Source: Eledone cirrhosa
Lineage: Eukaryota
Direction of reading: 5' to 3'
DNA length: 64,000 bases
Assembly (NCBI GenBank): GCA_964016885.1
Contig: OZ024741.1
Span: 313,968,001 to 314,032,000 of the forward strand
This document shows positions 1 through 12,169 of the stretch, one piece after another (the first letter of the stretch is position 1; every line of letters starts with the position of its first letter). The notes under the pieces are model-generated. The model did not search any database. It was given only the letters and a program-made list of their open reading frames with translations, and was not told the DNA's origin. The translations under genes and the position numbers were made by a program.

Positions 1-3000
1 TAATACACAAGACTAACATAATTCTCAAAAACATTATCATCACAAACAAACTAAACATTACTGATTTAAATCATCTATATTATGCATCGGCTAAAGTCAC
101 CACTCACTTATGTGGAGTGAAGATGAAAAAACAAAGGAATTCCCACAAGAAATCTACTTGGCAAGAGAACATCAATCGCCAAATAAACCTTCTCCGATCT
201 GACATAGAAATTTTAACAAACTATAAAGTAGGTGAACATGTTAAACAAACTAAACTTAGAAAATTGAAAAAAATGTACAGTATAAAATCAACATGTGACA
301 TAGACATGCTGATATAAATAATCAAGCAAAAAGTCTCGGCCAAAGCTGCTCGTATAAGGCGCTTTGACATACGATCTAGATTCTATAAGGACAATAATAT
401 GTTCAAAAACAACCAAAGAAACTTCTACAGAAAAATTGGTAAGTCAACAATAACTGCTAAATCAATACCACCCAAGGAGGAAGTGCAAGAATTCTGGGAA
501 AAGATCTGGGCCGAAGAAAAAGTTCATAACATACATGCCCCATGGATAGACAGACAAATGAAAGATACAGCTCACCTTGAGGAACAAATATGGGAAAATA
601 TAACAGTTGAACAGTTGCGATTGGCTCTAAGAAAAACCAGCAAATGGAAATCCCCAGGAAAAGACAAAATACAAAACTTTTGGATAAATGCCTTCACAGA
701 GACTCATGAGCTGTTAGCCCAACTTTACAATGAAATAGTTAAGGAGCCAGAAAAGATAACTTCATGGCTAGTTAACGGCATTACATTCCTGCTTCCGAAG
801 AATGATGAGACAAACAATCCCAAAAATTACAGACCGATAACTTGCTTGACCACAATGTATAAAATGTTAACATCAGTCCTAACTGAATACACATATGACC
901 ACCTGATAAAAAATGACCTATTTCCCATTGAGCAGAAAGGGTGTAAACGTGGGTCATATGGCTGTAAGGATCAGTTTCTGGTTAACAAAATGATACTGGA
1001 AGATTGTCATAATAGACACAAAAATCTATCGATTGCTTGGATAGATTATAAAAAAGCATTTGATAGTTAGCCACACAGTTGGATTGAAAAATGTTTAGAG
1101 ATTTTCAAAGTATCCCCCGTTGTCAGGAGGTTTTTGTCATTCAGTATGAAGACATGGAAAACGACACCCCTTTTGAATAGTGAAACAAAATCACTGGAAG
1201 CTGGAGAAGTTAATATTAATTGTGTAATTTTTCATGGTGATTCTTTATCACCGCTTTTATTCTGCATCGCACTTATACCATTAAGTAAAATGCTCAATGA
1301 AACAAAACATGGATATAGAGTCTATGACAAAACCATTAATCACCTGTTCTACATGGATGACCTGAAACTATTTGCAAAAAAAGGATGAACAATTGCAAGG
1401 GCTATTATCCACTGTTAAGCAGTTCAGTGATGACATTAAAATGGAGTTTGAACTAGATAAATGCGCCAAAGCAACGTTCACCAAAGGAAAGCTGCTGAAG
1501 AGTTCAGACATTAATCTTGATCGGGGGAACGTGATAAGAGAACTTGATCAAGAAAAAACTTACAAATATCTAGGTGCTTGTGAAGGAGACGGAATCAAGC
1601 ACTCGACAATGAGGGAAAGGATAAGGAAGGAATGTTACCGCAGAGTAAGAGCAATCTTAAGAACGGAATTGAATGCAAGGAATAGGATCGATGCCATAAA
1701 CACGCTTGCCATACCAGTAGTAACCTACAGTTACAATGTCATCAACTGGTCAAGCACAGAGATCCGTAGGCTCGATACAAAAATTCGAAAATTCTTAACC
1801 ATGCACAGAATGCATCACCCTAAGGCAGATATAGATAGAATATATCTCCCTAGGAAAGAAGGAGGACGTGGGTTAATCCAGTTAGACATTGCGTTGAAAA
1901 CTGCAACAATTGGATTATCTATATATCTAAGGGAATCACATGATTGGATGATCAAACTCGTTTTGAAACACGAAAGCATCAAAAGATCATATTCCATTAC
2001 AAAAGATGCACAAAGATACAGTAATGGACTACCAATTTCAGAAGTCCCATTTACTGCTGAAATGGAAAACACAAAAAAAGCAAAGCAGGTAAAAGTAACT
2101 GCAAAGAAAGAACTGCTACAGAAACTGGCTAAGAAATGGCAAGAAAAGCCTCTGTATGGAAAATACCCAGAGCGAGCTAACAATCCTGATGTTGACAAAA
2201 CTTCAACCCATCAGTGGTTGGCATCCTCTGGACTGAAATCGGAGACTGAAGGACTGATTATATCGGCACAAGATCAGTGTCTGCCAACAAAAAATTACCA
2301 AGCCAGCATAATAAAAAATAGGTGTAGCCCATTATGCCGTGTATGCAAAAAACAACCAGAGACCATTGACCATATCATTTCAATGTGCAGTCCTATAGCT
2401 CCAACCGAGTACCTAAATAGGCATGACAGAGCTGCACAATACATACATTGGATAATGTGTAAGCCTTTTGACCTGCCCCATCAAAAGAATTGGTGGGAGC
2501 ATCAACCACCTCCCATACTTGAAAAAGATCACATCTCAATCTTGTGGAACTTTAGCATCCAAACAGACCGAAAAATAGATGCAAACAGACCTGATATAAT
2601 ATTGAAAGACTTTCAAAAGAGGGTATGCCTGCTAATTGATATGTCTGTTCCAATAGACAAGAATGTATCTATAAAAACATTTGAAAAATTGAGCAAGTAT
2701 AAGGACCTGCAGATAGAAATTGGAAAATTGTAGAAATTGAGAACTAAAACAATACCAGTGGTTGTAGGCGCTCTGGGAATGATACCTAAGGGGTCTAATG
2801 ATTACATATCGCAAATCCAAGGAAACCCGCGTATAGGAGAAATACAAAAGATAGTACTAATGGGAACTGCCCATATACTAAAGAAGATTCTGTCAATATA
2901 AGTACATCACAAGTCTAAACACTAAAGATGCATGTGTGAATATGTATGTTCTTTCTTGAACATGGCGGACCTTGTTGTCTCTTGAGGTCACTGGTTGTGA

Positions 3001-3045
3001 CTTGGTGATAACTCGTATGAACATAAAGCAAGATAAATGCAACTG
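1..3045 (+). mobile_element. RLE-type non-LTR retrotransposon (R4/Dong-like), family A copy 1, 5' part outside window, disrupted ORF
   Basis: ORF pieces 117-2900 give RT motifs (KSPGKD, YRPITCL, WIDYKKAFDS, GDSLSP, YMDD), CCHC finger CRVCKKQPETIDHIISMC, RHD and RPDII..D restriction-like endonuclease motifs. In-frame stops and frameshifts; 3' UTR ends in (TAA)n. Confidence 0.93.
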
Positions 3046-3322
3046 TAATAATAATAATAATAATAATGATTTCTTTATTAACCACAAGGGTTTACATAAA
3101 GTAGACATTAAGGACAGTGCAAGACAATACAGTATGGTACAAATGGGCATTTCTGCGTATAAAAAAAACAAAAAAAACAGAGGGTGTAACAAAAAATAAC
3201 AATGAAAAATTCCCCAATAGGGGGGAGACTTCGGAGGGACATTTGTGGAGAAAGCCCAATAAAAAGCCACAATGACCCTGACCACCAAGGCAAGTGCCCT
3301 CTCCCAGTTTTCCAGCTTTAAT

Positions 3323-6300
3323 TTACAGATATATACTCAGTGTAGGCCCATTTACTCGGGCCATTCTTGCTTCTCTCATCCATCTTTCAACAAAATGCTG
3401 GGAAGAGAGCTCTTCCCTCTCTACTCTGATTTTCATTTTCAAATGAAATTTGAAAAAGTCAATCAGAGCATCACCGAAGAGGTAATTGCTCGTCTTCAGC
3501 CCTTTCAAACGTGTCCACCATACTATCTCTTTCGCCATGGCCACCAGACAGATAAAAACTGCCTACCCTCCCGGCTAAAGGAAGAGGGCGGGACAATCCT
3601 CACGATGGACTCAGATGATAGCCGGATCCGTCCTAAACGCGACAGCAGGTGTTCGACATAAACCCACAAGTCAGCAATTTTCGGACACTGGACGAGTGCG
3701 TGCAGGACGGTTTCGTCGCCCTGCGCGCATCTCGGACATGCCCGGCTGACAGAACCTCGATGCCTGTAGAGTTTATCCCGAACTGGCAAGGCTCCTCGGT
3801 AGCACTGCCAGGCCAGAGATTTCTGGAAGTTGTCCATAGGCCCTGGCCGGAAAGTTCTTCCGAAGAGATTGGCTAGTTGATTTTCGTCGACGCCTAGAGT
3901 TTCCCCAAGTACGTCGTCGCTCTTCCCCTCCACTATCCTCTATAGAACGCCGAGGTGGAGTTTCCACCGATCACATTGCCCGATTGGTCGAGGGCTGTGA
4001 GCACCTGAAGACATTCCAGTCTCCAGGCGCTCCCTCTCGGTCTTCGCTTGACCCAGGACTACAGCTCCGTCAAGGAAATGAGCTGGGGAAATACGTGTCT
4101 AGCAAACGGCGACCACACCTGATCACCGTCGAGGAAGAGGTGGAGATGTCGTAGCCTGAGCGCGTGCCTGCGCATCATCAGCCACGGCATGCCCAGCCCT
4201 CCACGTAGCGGGTGTTGACAACAGATGGACCGCCTGACCATCGGAGCGCGTCCTTTCCACAAAAAGCGAAAGAGCAAACGCTCCAGCGCAGTCAGGCGAG
4301 GCTTAGGACAAGGTACGACGGTCAGGCGGTAGCAGATGACAGACGCGATGTACGCGTTAGCCACCTCCGCTCGACCTTTCAGGGATAGCTTCCTCTCCGC
4401 CCATTTCTGGGTGAGAGAAGCCACCCTGCTCGTCACCTCGTCCCAGTTTTTGTCCGTCTGGAGGTCCGGACCGTACCAGACCCCTAGCAACATAACCGGT
4501 CCGTCCGTCCAGCGTCCGACGACGCTGTTGGACGGCATGGACCTGCCTCTCCAGGTGCCGAGCTGCAGGCCCACTGACTTTTCCTGGTTGATCATTGCTC
4601 CTGTCACCGCTTCGTATTCTCTTAGTGTAGTGCCGATCGCCTCGATTTGTTTGGCGTTCGACACCACTACGGAGACATCGTCCGCATATGCTGACACGGA
4701 TCTTCCGCATCCTAGTTCGCGCGGGACTCCCCTCAACGTCTCCAGTCTGTGCAGTAATGGCTCGAGTGTCAATACGTACAAGAGAGACGAGAGGGGACAA
4801 CCTTGGCGGATCGAGCGCATGATGTTGAACGGTTCCGACAGGTGACCGTTCACTCTCACCACAGAGCAGATGTCGCTGTGCATGGCAGCGATCCAGCCTC
4901 TGAAGACGGGCCCAAAGCCAGCCGCCCTCAGGACTGCCGCTAGGTAACGATGGTCGACCCTATCGAAAGCTTTCGACTGATCTAAATTGATCAAGGACCC
5001 ACCCGTGCCAGGTTCCTTAGCTACCCTCTCTACAATGTATCGCATGAGGTGGAGGTTGTCGTGGATGGATCTGTCGGGAATGGCGCATGTCTGCGCCTCT
5101 CCCACCAGACCACCAACGACAAGCGCCAACCTCTTTGCTAGCACCTTGGCCAAAATCTTGAACTCTGTGTTTAGCAGAGTTATGGGCCGGAAATTATCTA
5201 TGTTATCCCCCTTGTTCGGATCCTTTCTCAGCAGTGCCACCGCTCCTCGGCTCACAGAACTGGGAATTCTGCCGTTCTGTTGCCAGTTGCAGTAGACGTC
5301 CACCAACAGGCCTCCGAACAAGTCTGGCATCTGTACGTAAAGTTCATAGGGCAGACCATCCAAACCAGGCGATTTACCCCTTGTGCAGCAAGTCATTGCC
5401 TCCCTTACTTCAGCGGCTGTTATCGGCTTTTCGCAACACTTCGCCTCAGTGGCCGAGAGCCGCGGCAGTCCGTCGAGGTAGACACTAAAGTCCATCCCTC
5501 GACCCGGCCCACCGCTGCCCCCGAACAGCTGAGCGAAGTGTCGCTGAAAAGCTTCACAGATTTGCCCAGGATCGAGTAGCATGCGCCCGTCGTGGTCCAC
5601 CAAAGACCGGATCGTGGCTTTGTTGCCACGACGCGCATCCGCCACTCGGGCCCATTGAACGGCTTTCGTCCCCTCGTGTCTGAGAGCACGCACCCTTGCT
5701 CTGACAAAGCAGCCTTCGTGCTTTGCATTGAAGAATTGGTCAAGGGCCAATTTCGCCGCAACCACGTCGGTCGCAATGCCTTTGCTAAGCGCCTCGTCTA
5801 ATTTTCTAACTAGTTCTCCCTCTGCTCTATTTTTCTCTATTACTAAAGCCTTACTAAACCTAATCGATTCTATTCTAATCTTTCTTTTCAGAGCAAACCA
5901 CCACTTGTTGTTGACGATGGCCCCCGTCAACGCCCCCTTAACCAGTTCGCTAATCCGGTCTCTGTAGGCCTTGCGCGCTGGTAAGGACGCATTTAGCTTC
6001 CAGTAGCCGGGTCCTCGTCTATGAAGCCTATCTAAGTCAAGCACACAGATCACGAATTTGTGGTCCGTGTAGCTGACTATCTTGAATTGTGGACAGCCTA
6101 TGCTAGACCTATCGATTTCCCTACAAAGTACTCTATCTAGATATGATCTGGATGACCCTATGCGATTTGTCCAAGTCCACATTGGTACATTCGGGAAATC
6201 CAATCGGTACCTGTCAGACAGTTCAAAACGCCTGAGCAGGTTGGTGAGGCTCTTGCACCCTCCACCCCTATCCGATAATCCCACACAGTCCCAGCGTGCA

Positions 6301-6739
6301 TCTAAGATCCCGTTCCAGTCGCCCACTAACACTAAAGAGCGGGACGTTCCAAGAAAGGTCTCCAGACGCCGGAAGAAATCAGGCCGCCCTGCTCCTGTCG
6401 GGGCATAGACGGCCACTAGCCTGAAAGCTTGCCCGTCTCCGCTGGTCACATCCAGCACCACCAGCTTACCCTCTGGGTCCAGGAACATGGCCCGTATGGC
6501 GTTATCGAAACCTCTCCGAAAAAGCACAGCAACTCCTCCCCCGATCCAGGACGGCTGGGAGATGCGTACACATCGTAGCCGCCGAAGATCGGTGCGAAGG
6601 CCCGTGCTTCGGAGATTCTGGTCTCGCTGATGGCCACTACATCTATGTTTAGTGACCTGAGGTCGTTGAGCAGGTGACCCTGCTTCCATGACGACCCTAA
6701 GCCACGCGCATATATGCTGCCTATTCTGAGTGAGGTCAT
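3323..6739 (-). pseudogene. Tx1 ORF2 (AP endonuclease, reverse transcriptase, C-terminal zinc finger) with frameshift and stop
   Basis: MTSLRIGSIYARGL..ISET, GDWN, YLDR, TDH (APE); KSPGLDG, FRPITLL, LDQSKAFDRV, RQGCPLS, YADD (RT); CPRC..ETVLHALVQC. Split over ORFs 6446-6946, 4059-6689, 3523-3933 and 3323-3544. Confidence 0.9.
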
Positions 6740-6920
6740 GTTTAAAATAGAGTGGAGAAGATGGGAAAGACCACTTACCGTACTTTTGGTAGAGGAGGGA
6801 TGGTTTTTACATCCCTTTTCACTTGATCGTCTGGTGAAGGGACCGTTGAATCGTCCCTTCGGCTGGTCGTCGGCTCTTCTAAGAGAATGTCTGAATATAC
6901 TCTTCGATTGATAGTTCCTC

Positions 6921-8874
6921 CTAGGTCCTGAAATCACCAACTGCATTGGGGAATTTCGTTTTAACGTTTGTGTGTTGCTTCTGTGCTATTTTCAGCAGTT
7001 TTATGTTAGTTGGCGTTTTGATTGGTGCTGGTATTATGTAGTCGTGTTGTGAAATGTCTGCGTGTTCAATTATGTAAGTCATTAGTTTCTTGTTGTGTGT
7101 ATTTATTGCCGTGCATTTGTTTTTCTGGGGGTGGGGTGTGGTTCTGCTATTTTCTTGTCGTTGTTGCTGGGTGTGTGTGTTTTGTTGTTGTGTTTGCGAT
7201 GTTGGTGCTTGTGGTGGTGGTGTTGAAGGTGTTGTTGGCGGTGGGGTTGTCGCCGGTGGTGATGGTGGTGCTAGTGTGGGTGGTGATGGTGTTGGTGGTG
7301 TTGCTGCTGTGGGTCTCTTTGCAGTAGACTTTACCCTTTTCCCATTTCTTTCCTTCCTTTTCAAACTCGACGATGCGCTGCTTCTGCGTTTGTGCCTTCT
7401 TACGACCTTTTGCCATCTCTCTCCCACCTCACACTCCATGTCTGATTCTGTGAGGTCGGGGAGGGGTACCAGCTCCACTCTTTCACTTGTTGTTGTTGAT
7501 GTTTGCACTGGAGTCTCTGTTGCAGCTGCGTTTGGTATTGCTGTTGTTGTTGTTAATATTTCCACTGATGCTGCTGGTTTTCATTTCCGTGGCGTGGGTA
7601 TGGGTGCCACGGACCTATCGTTCCTGGTTGCCGCTTGTCCTGTTGCTGGTAGCCGTGGAGCCGGTTTCGGAAGGAGGGGGTTTTCTCCTTTCTCAGGGTC
7701 TTCTCGTTGCAGAAGGCCATGAGGTGAGTCTTCGATCCACAGCGAAAGCATTTCGGGCGTTTTCCCTCAACACTTATGGGCAGTTGAGTGCCGTTATCGA
7801 AGTCTATCACATCCGGGATAGCTTCGATGCACTCATGGTTGGTTTGGATTAGCATCTCAATGGAGGTGCCGACCCATTCTTCTCTTACTTTTTTCTGTAC
7901 TTGCAGTACAGTTGTTTTGTCCTCGATTCCGACGAGGACAGACGCGGCCAGCCAAGAAGGGGCCATCCCGGGGGAGACGTGGGTCAGTTTAACCCTCACA
8001 ATCTTTTGCCCGCAGTAGGAGGGCACCAACACCATTTCCTCGCTCCTTAGGGTCACTACGCATTGGGCCTTTGCCTCCTGGGGTGTGGCAAAAAGTACGT
8101 CTACGGTAGCATATTTTTTTGCCTCGGGTGATGTGCGTTTTCCGCTGCCACACAGACCCCAAGGCTTTTTTGTATTTGAACCTCTGTGGCTCTTTCCACC
8201 CTACGGGATTTTGTACTTGCTGTACGGTACGTGACCGTACAGTGCTGTTGGGTTTCGAAAAATGTTTCCGCTGCCTTGCATATTGCTCGGTGTCCAGTCT
8301 TTGTCACCATCTTCTTCGCTTCCTCTAATTCCTCATTTGTTATGAGGATTGTTTCCAAGTTTTTCGCAGTACCTGCAAATGAGATTGGTTTTTCTTTGCT
8401 GCTGTTGTTGTTGTTGTCGTCAGAGCTGCTGTTACTTTTGTTGTTGCTGCAGGTACTACGACTACTGCCTCCGCCGCTGTTGCTGTGGTTGTTGTTGGTG
8501 TTGCTGCTGCTAATGCTGTTGTTGTTTATACTGCTGGTGATGCTGTTGCGGCTGCTACTGTTGTTTTCATTGTCACTGTTGCTGTTGTTATTACGGCTGC
8601 TACTGCTATTATTCCTGACGTCAGACGAATGAACTAGGTTTTCGTATTTCCCGCACACCTGTTTCGTCGCTGTCGTCGTCGTCGTGGAGAAACCGTGCAC
8701 GCTTTGCACGAGACTTTTCTTTTCTTTCGTCGCTTGCGAAAGAGAAGGGAGGGAGAGAGACACATTTAAAGAAGGGAGGGAGAGAGACAATCTTCTCTCT
8801 GCTGTAGTGACGATTGAGGAAGAAGAAGACGGAATGAGTGGGAGTGACCTATGCAAATTCTTTTTCGTAGCCAC
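6921..8874 (-). pseudogene. Tx1 ORF1 (gag-like), frameshifted
   Basis: Zinc knuckle CFRCGSKTHLMAFC, N/S-rich and P/T-rich low-complexity linkers, directly upstream of ORF2. Confidence 0.8.
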
Positions 8875-9092
8875 GTTGTTTTTTTTTTGTTTAAAATAAA
8901 TATTGGGTACAGAACCCCAATAAGCAGTTATTTAACCCCGAAGGGCCAAATAACGGGCAGAAAGACCCCTCTCACGAGGAGGAGGGTGTTTTTGTCTACA
9001 AGTTGGTCTAAGTTTTAAACAATTTACAATTGTTATAGCGTTCAAATTTTACAGTACCTTACAGAGCCGAGCCTCCGTCAACCATAGCATTC

Positions 9093-9123
<31 letters not shown>

Positions 9124-9126
<3 letters not shown>

Positions 9127-10666
9127 GGAAAATATAACAGTTGAACAGTTGCGCTTGGCTCTAAGAAAAACCAGCAAATGGAAATCCCCAGGAAAAGACA
9201 AAATACAAAACTTTTGGATAAATGCCTTCACAGAGTCTCATGAGCTGTTAGACCAACTTTACAATAGAATAGTTAAGGAGCCAGAAAAGATACCATCATG
9301 GCTAGTTAACGGCATTACATTCCTGCTTCCGAAAAATGATGAGACAAACAATCCCCAAAATTACAGACCGATAACTTGCTTGACCACAAGGTATAACATT
9401 TTAACATCAGTCCTAACTGAATACACATATGAACACCTGATAACAAATGACTTATTTCCCATTGAGCAGAAAGGATGTAAACGAGGCTCATATGGCTGTA
9501 AGGATCAGCTTCTGGTTAACAAAATGATACTGGAAGATTGTCATAATAGACACAAAAATCTATCGATTGCTTGGATAGATTATAAAAAAGCATTCGATAG
9601 TTTGCCACACAGTTGGATTGAAAAATGTTTATAGATTTTCAAAGTATCCCCCGTTGTCAGGAGATTTTGTCATTCAGTATGAAGGCATGGAAAACGACAC
9701 TCCTTTTGAATAGTGAAACAAAATCACTGGAAGCTGGAGAAGTTAATATTAATTGTGGAATTTTTCAGGGTGACTCTTTATCACCGCTTTTATTCTGCAT
9801 CGCACTTATACCATTAAGTAAAATGCTCAATGAAACAAAACATGGATATAAAGTCTATGACAAAACCATTAAACATGGGTGACCTGAAACTATTTGCAAA
9901 AAATGATGAACAATTGCAAGGGCTATTATCCACTGTGGAGCAGTTCAGTGATGACATTAAAATGGAGTTTGGACTAGATAAATGCGCCAAAGCAACGTTC
10001 ACCAGAGGAAAGCTGCTGAAGAGTTCAGACATTAATCTTGATCGGGGGAACGTGATAAGAGAACTTGATCAAGAAAAAACTTACAAATATCTAGGTGTTT
10101 GTGAAGGAGACGGAATCAAGCACTCGACAATGAGGGAAAGGATAAGGAAGGAATGTTACCGCAGAGTAAGAGCAATCTTAAGAACGGAATTGAATGCAAG
10201 GAATAGGATCGATGCCATAAACACGCTTGCCATACAAGTAGTAACCTACCGTTACAATGTCATCAACTGGTCAAGCACAGAGATCCGTAGGCTCGATACA
10301 AAAATTCGAAAATTCTTAACCATGCACAGAATGCACAGAAATTGGAAAGATGTGGAAATTGAGAACTAAAACAATACCAGTGGTTGTAGGAGATCTGGGA
10401 ATGATACCTAAGGGGTCTAATGATTACTTATCGCAAATCCCAGGAAACCCGCGTATAGGAGAAATACAAAAGATAGTACTAATGAGAACTGCCCATATAC
10501 TAAGGAAGATTCTGTCAATATAAGTACATCACAAGTCTAAACACTAAAGATGCATGTGTGAGTATGTATGTTCTTTCTTGAACATGGCGGACCTTGTTGT
10601 CTCTTGAGGTCACTGGTTGTGACTTGATGATAACTCGTATGAACATAAAGCAAGATAAATGCAACT

Positions 10667-10667
<1 letters not shown>
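9124..10667 (+). mobile_element. R4/Dong-like family A copy 2, 5'-truncated, internally deleted
   Basis: Near-identical to 590-3045. Deletion at YMDD (~9871), ~0.9 kb deletion at ~10335, (TAA)n tail 10668-10728. Confidence 0.92.
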
Positions 10668-10727
<60 letters not shown>

Positions 10728-10729
10728 TA

Positions 10730-12015
10730 GGGAAGAAGACACACATGGTGGATAGAAGGTCGAGAAATCGCTCCCGTAAGTTTAGATTTTTTAACATATT
10801 TAAATCAATTGTGAAATAAGAATTCTTAGTACAAATGTTGTATAAAACATCCGGCTTGAGTCCCAAAAAATTCGCATCCATAATATATTGTTATATCGCT
10901 CAAATATTCAATTTTGTATTATACATTTTATATTCAAAAAAGAAAATGGTTATAAATTGAAGAAAACCCCCTCTGTCTACACTATATAGAACAGCCAAAT
11001 AACAGCAATTTCACCAACATCAGAAACTAGATACACCACCTACCCAATCACCCCTCTGTGTACACTAAACACAACAGCCAGTTAACGGCAATTTCACCAA
11101 CACCGCCACCAATCTCAGCATAATAATAATAATTACTATTATTATTGCCTCAAGTTTTAGTTTTAACAAAATGTTTAAACCCAATATTAAGTAAAATATG
11201 TCAACACATATACGCATCTAACGATAATTTCACTAAAGATAATTTCACCACCAATACCACCACCACTACCACGATGAAAACTCTGGTCAAGTCGACTCAA
11301 ATTTCTACACCAACTTCAACACCATCACTACAGTAATACGACCACATCACCACCACCACTGCCTGATTATCGCTACCGCCGCTATTCTCTCCCACTACCT
11401 CCTGCTAGTTGCTGCTAGCACAGCACTGCCACCACCACCACCACCACTGCCTCAGTATCACTACCGCCGCTATTCTCTCCCGCTACCCCCTGCTACATTG
11501 TAGAATTCCCACTAAAAGAGGAAAACATCAAAATATATAAATAGACTGAATTGATGACCCGGTCAATATAAAAAAAAAATTAAAAAAATCAAGTTTTAGT
11601 TTTAACAAAATGTTTAATTCCAATATTAACTAAAATATGTCAACACATATACGCGATTAATGATAATTTCACTAAAGATAATTTCACCACCAATACCACC
11701 ACCACTACCACGATGAAAACTCTGGTCAAGCCGACTCAAATTTCTACTCCATCTTCAACACCATCACTACAGTAATACGACCACATCACAACCACCACTG
11801 CCTCATTATCGCTACCGCCGCTATTCTCTCACAATACTTCCTGCTAGTTGCTGCTAGCACAGCACCGCCACTACCACCACCACCACCACCACTGCCTCAT
11901 TATCACTACCGCCGCTATTCTCTCCCGCTAGCCCCTGCTACATTGTAGAATTCTCACTAAAAGAGGAAGGCATCAAAATATATAAATAGACTAAATTGAT
12001 GACCCGGTCAAAATC
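10730..12015. repeat. Recurring spacer, copy 1, with internal ~440 bp tandem duplication (11149-11588 / 11589-12015)
   Basis: Starts gggaagaagac..aaatcgctcccgtaagttt; homologous to 15911-16760 and 21012-21365; CAC-rich. Confidence 0.85.
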
Positions 12016-12169
12016 AAAAAAACAAAAATCAAAATCAAAGCAGCACAGCAACAACGAAAAACCTAAAGGAAATAAAAATGAAGAGAAAAACAAACGGACG
12101 GACAGAGAAGTGAAGGGAAAAACTAAGTCAGACATTCAAACACTACATTACAATGAAACTTATGCTTAT

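Larger units (their letters stand above)
3070..9092 (-). mobile_element. Near full-length Tx1/L1-clade LINE inserted antisense in a (TAA)n tract
   Basis: ORF1 with CCHC knuckle plus ORF2 APE-RT-zinc finger. 3' end gtggttAATAAAgaaa; (TAA)n on both sides (3046-3067, 9093-9125). Confidence 0.92.

Noticed and set aside
4336-6408. Plus-strand ORFs overlapping Tx1 ORF2
   Set aside because: Antisense shadows of a GC-rich coding sequence.
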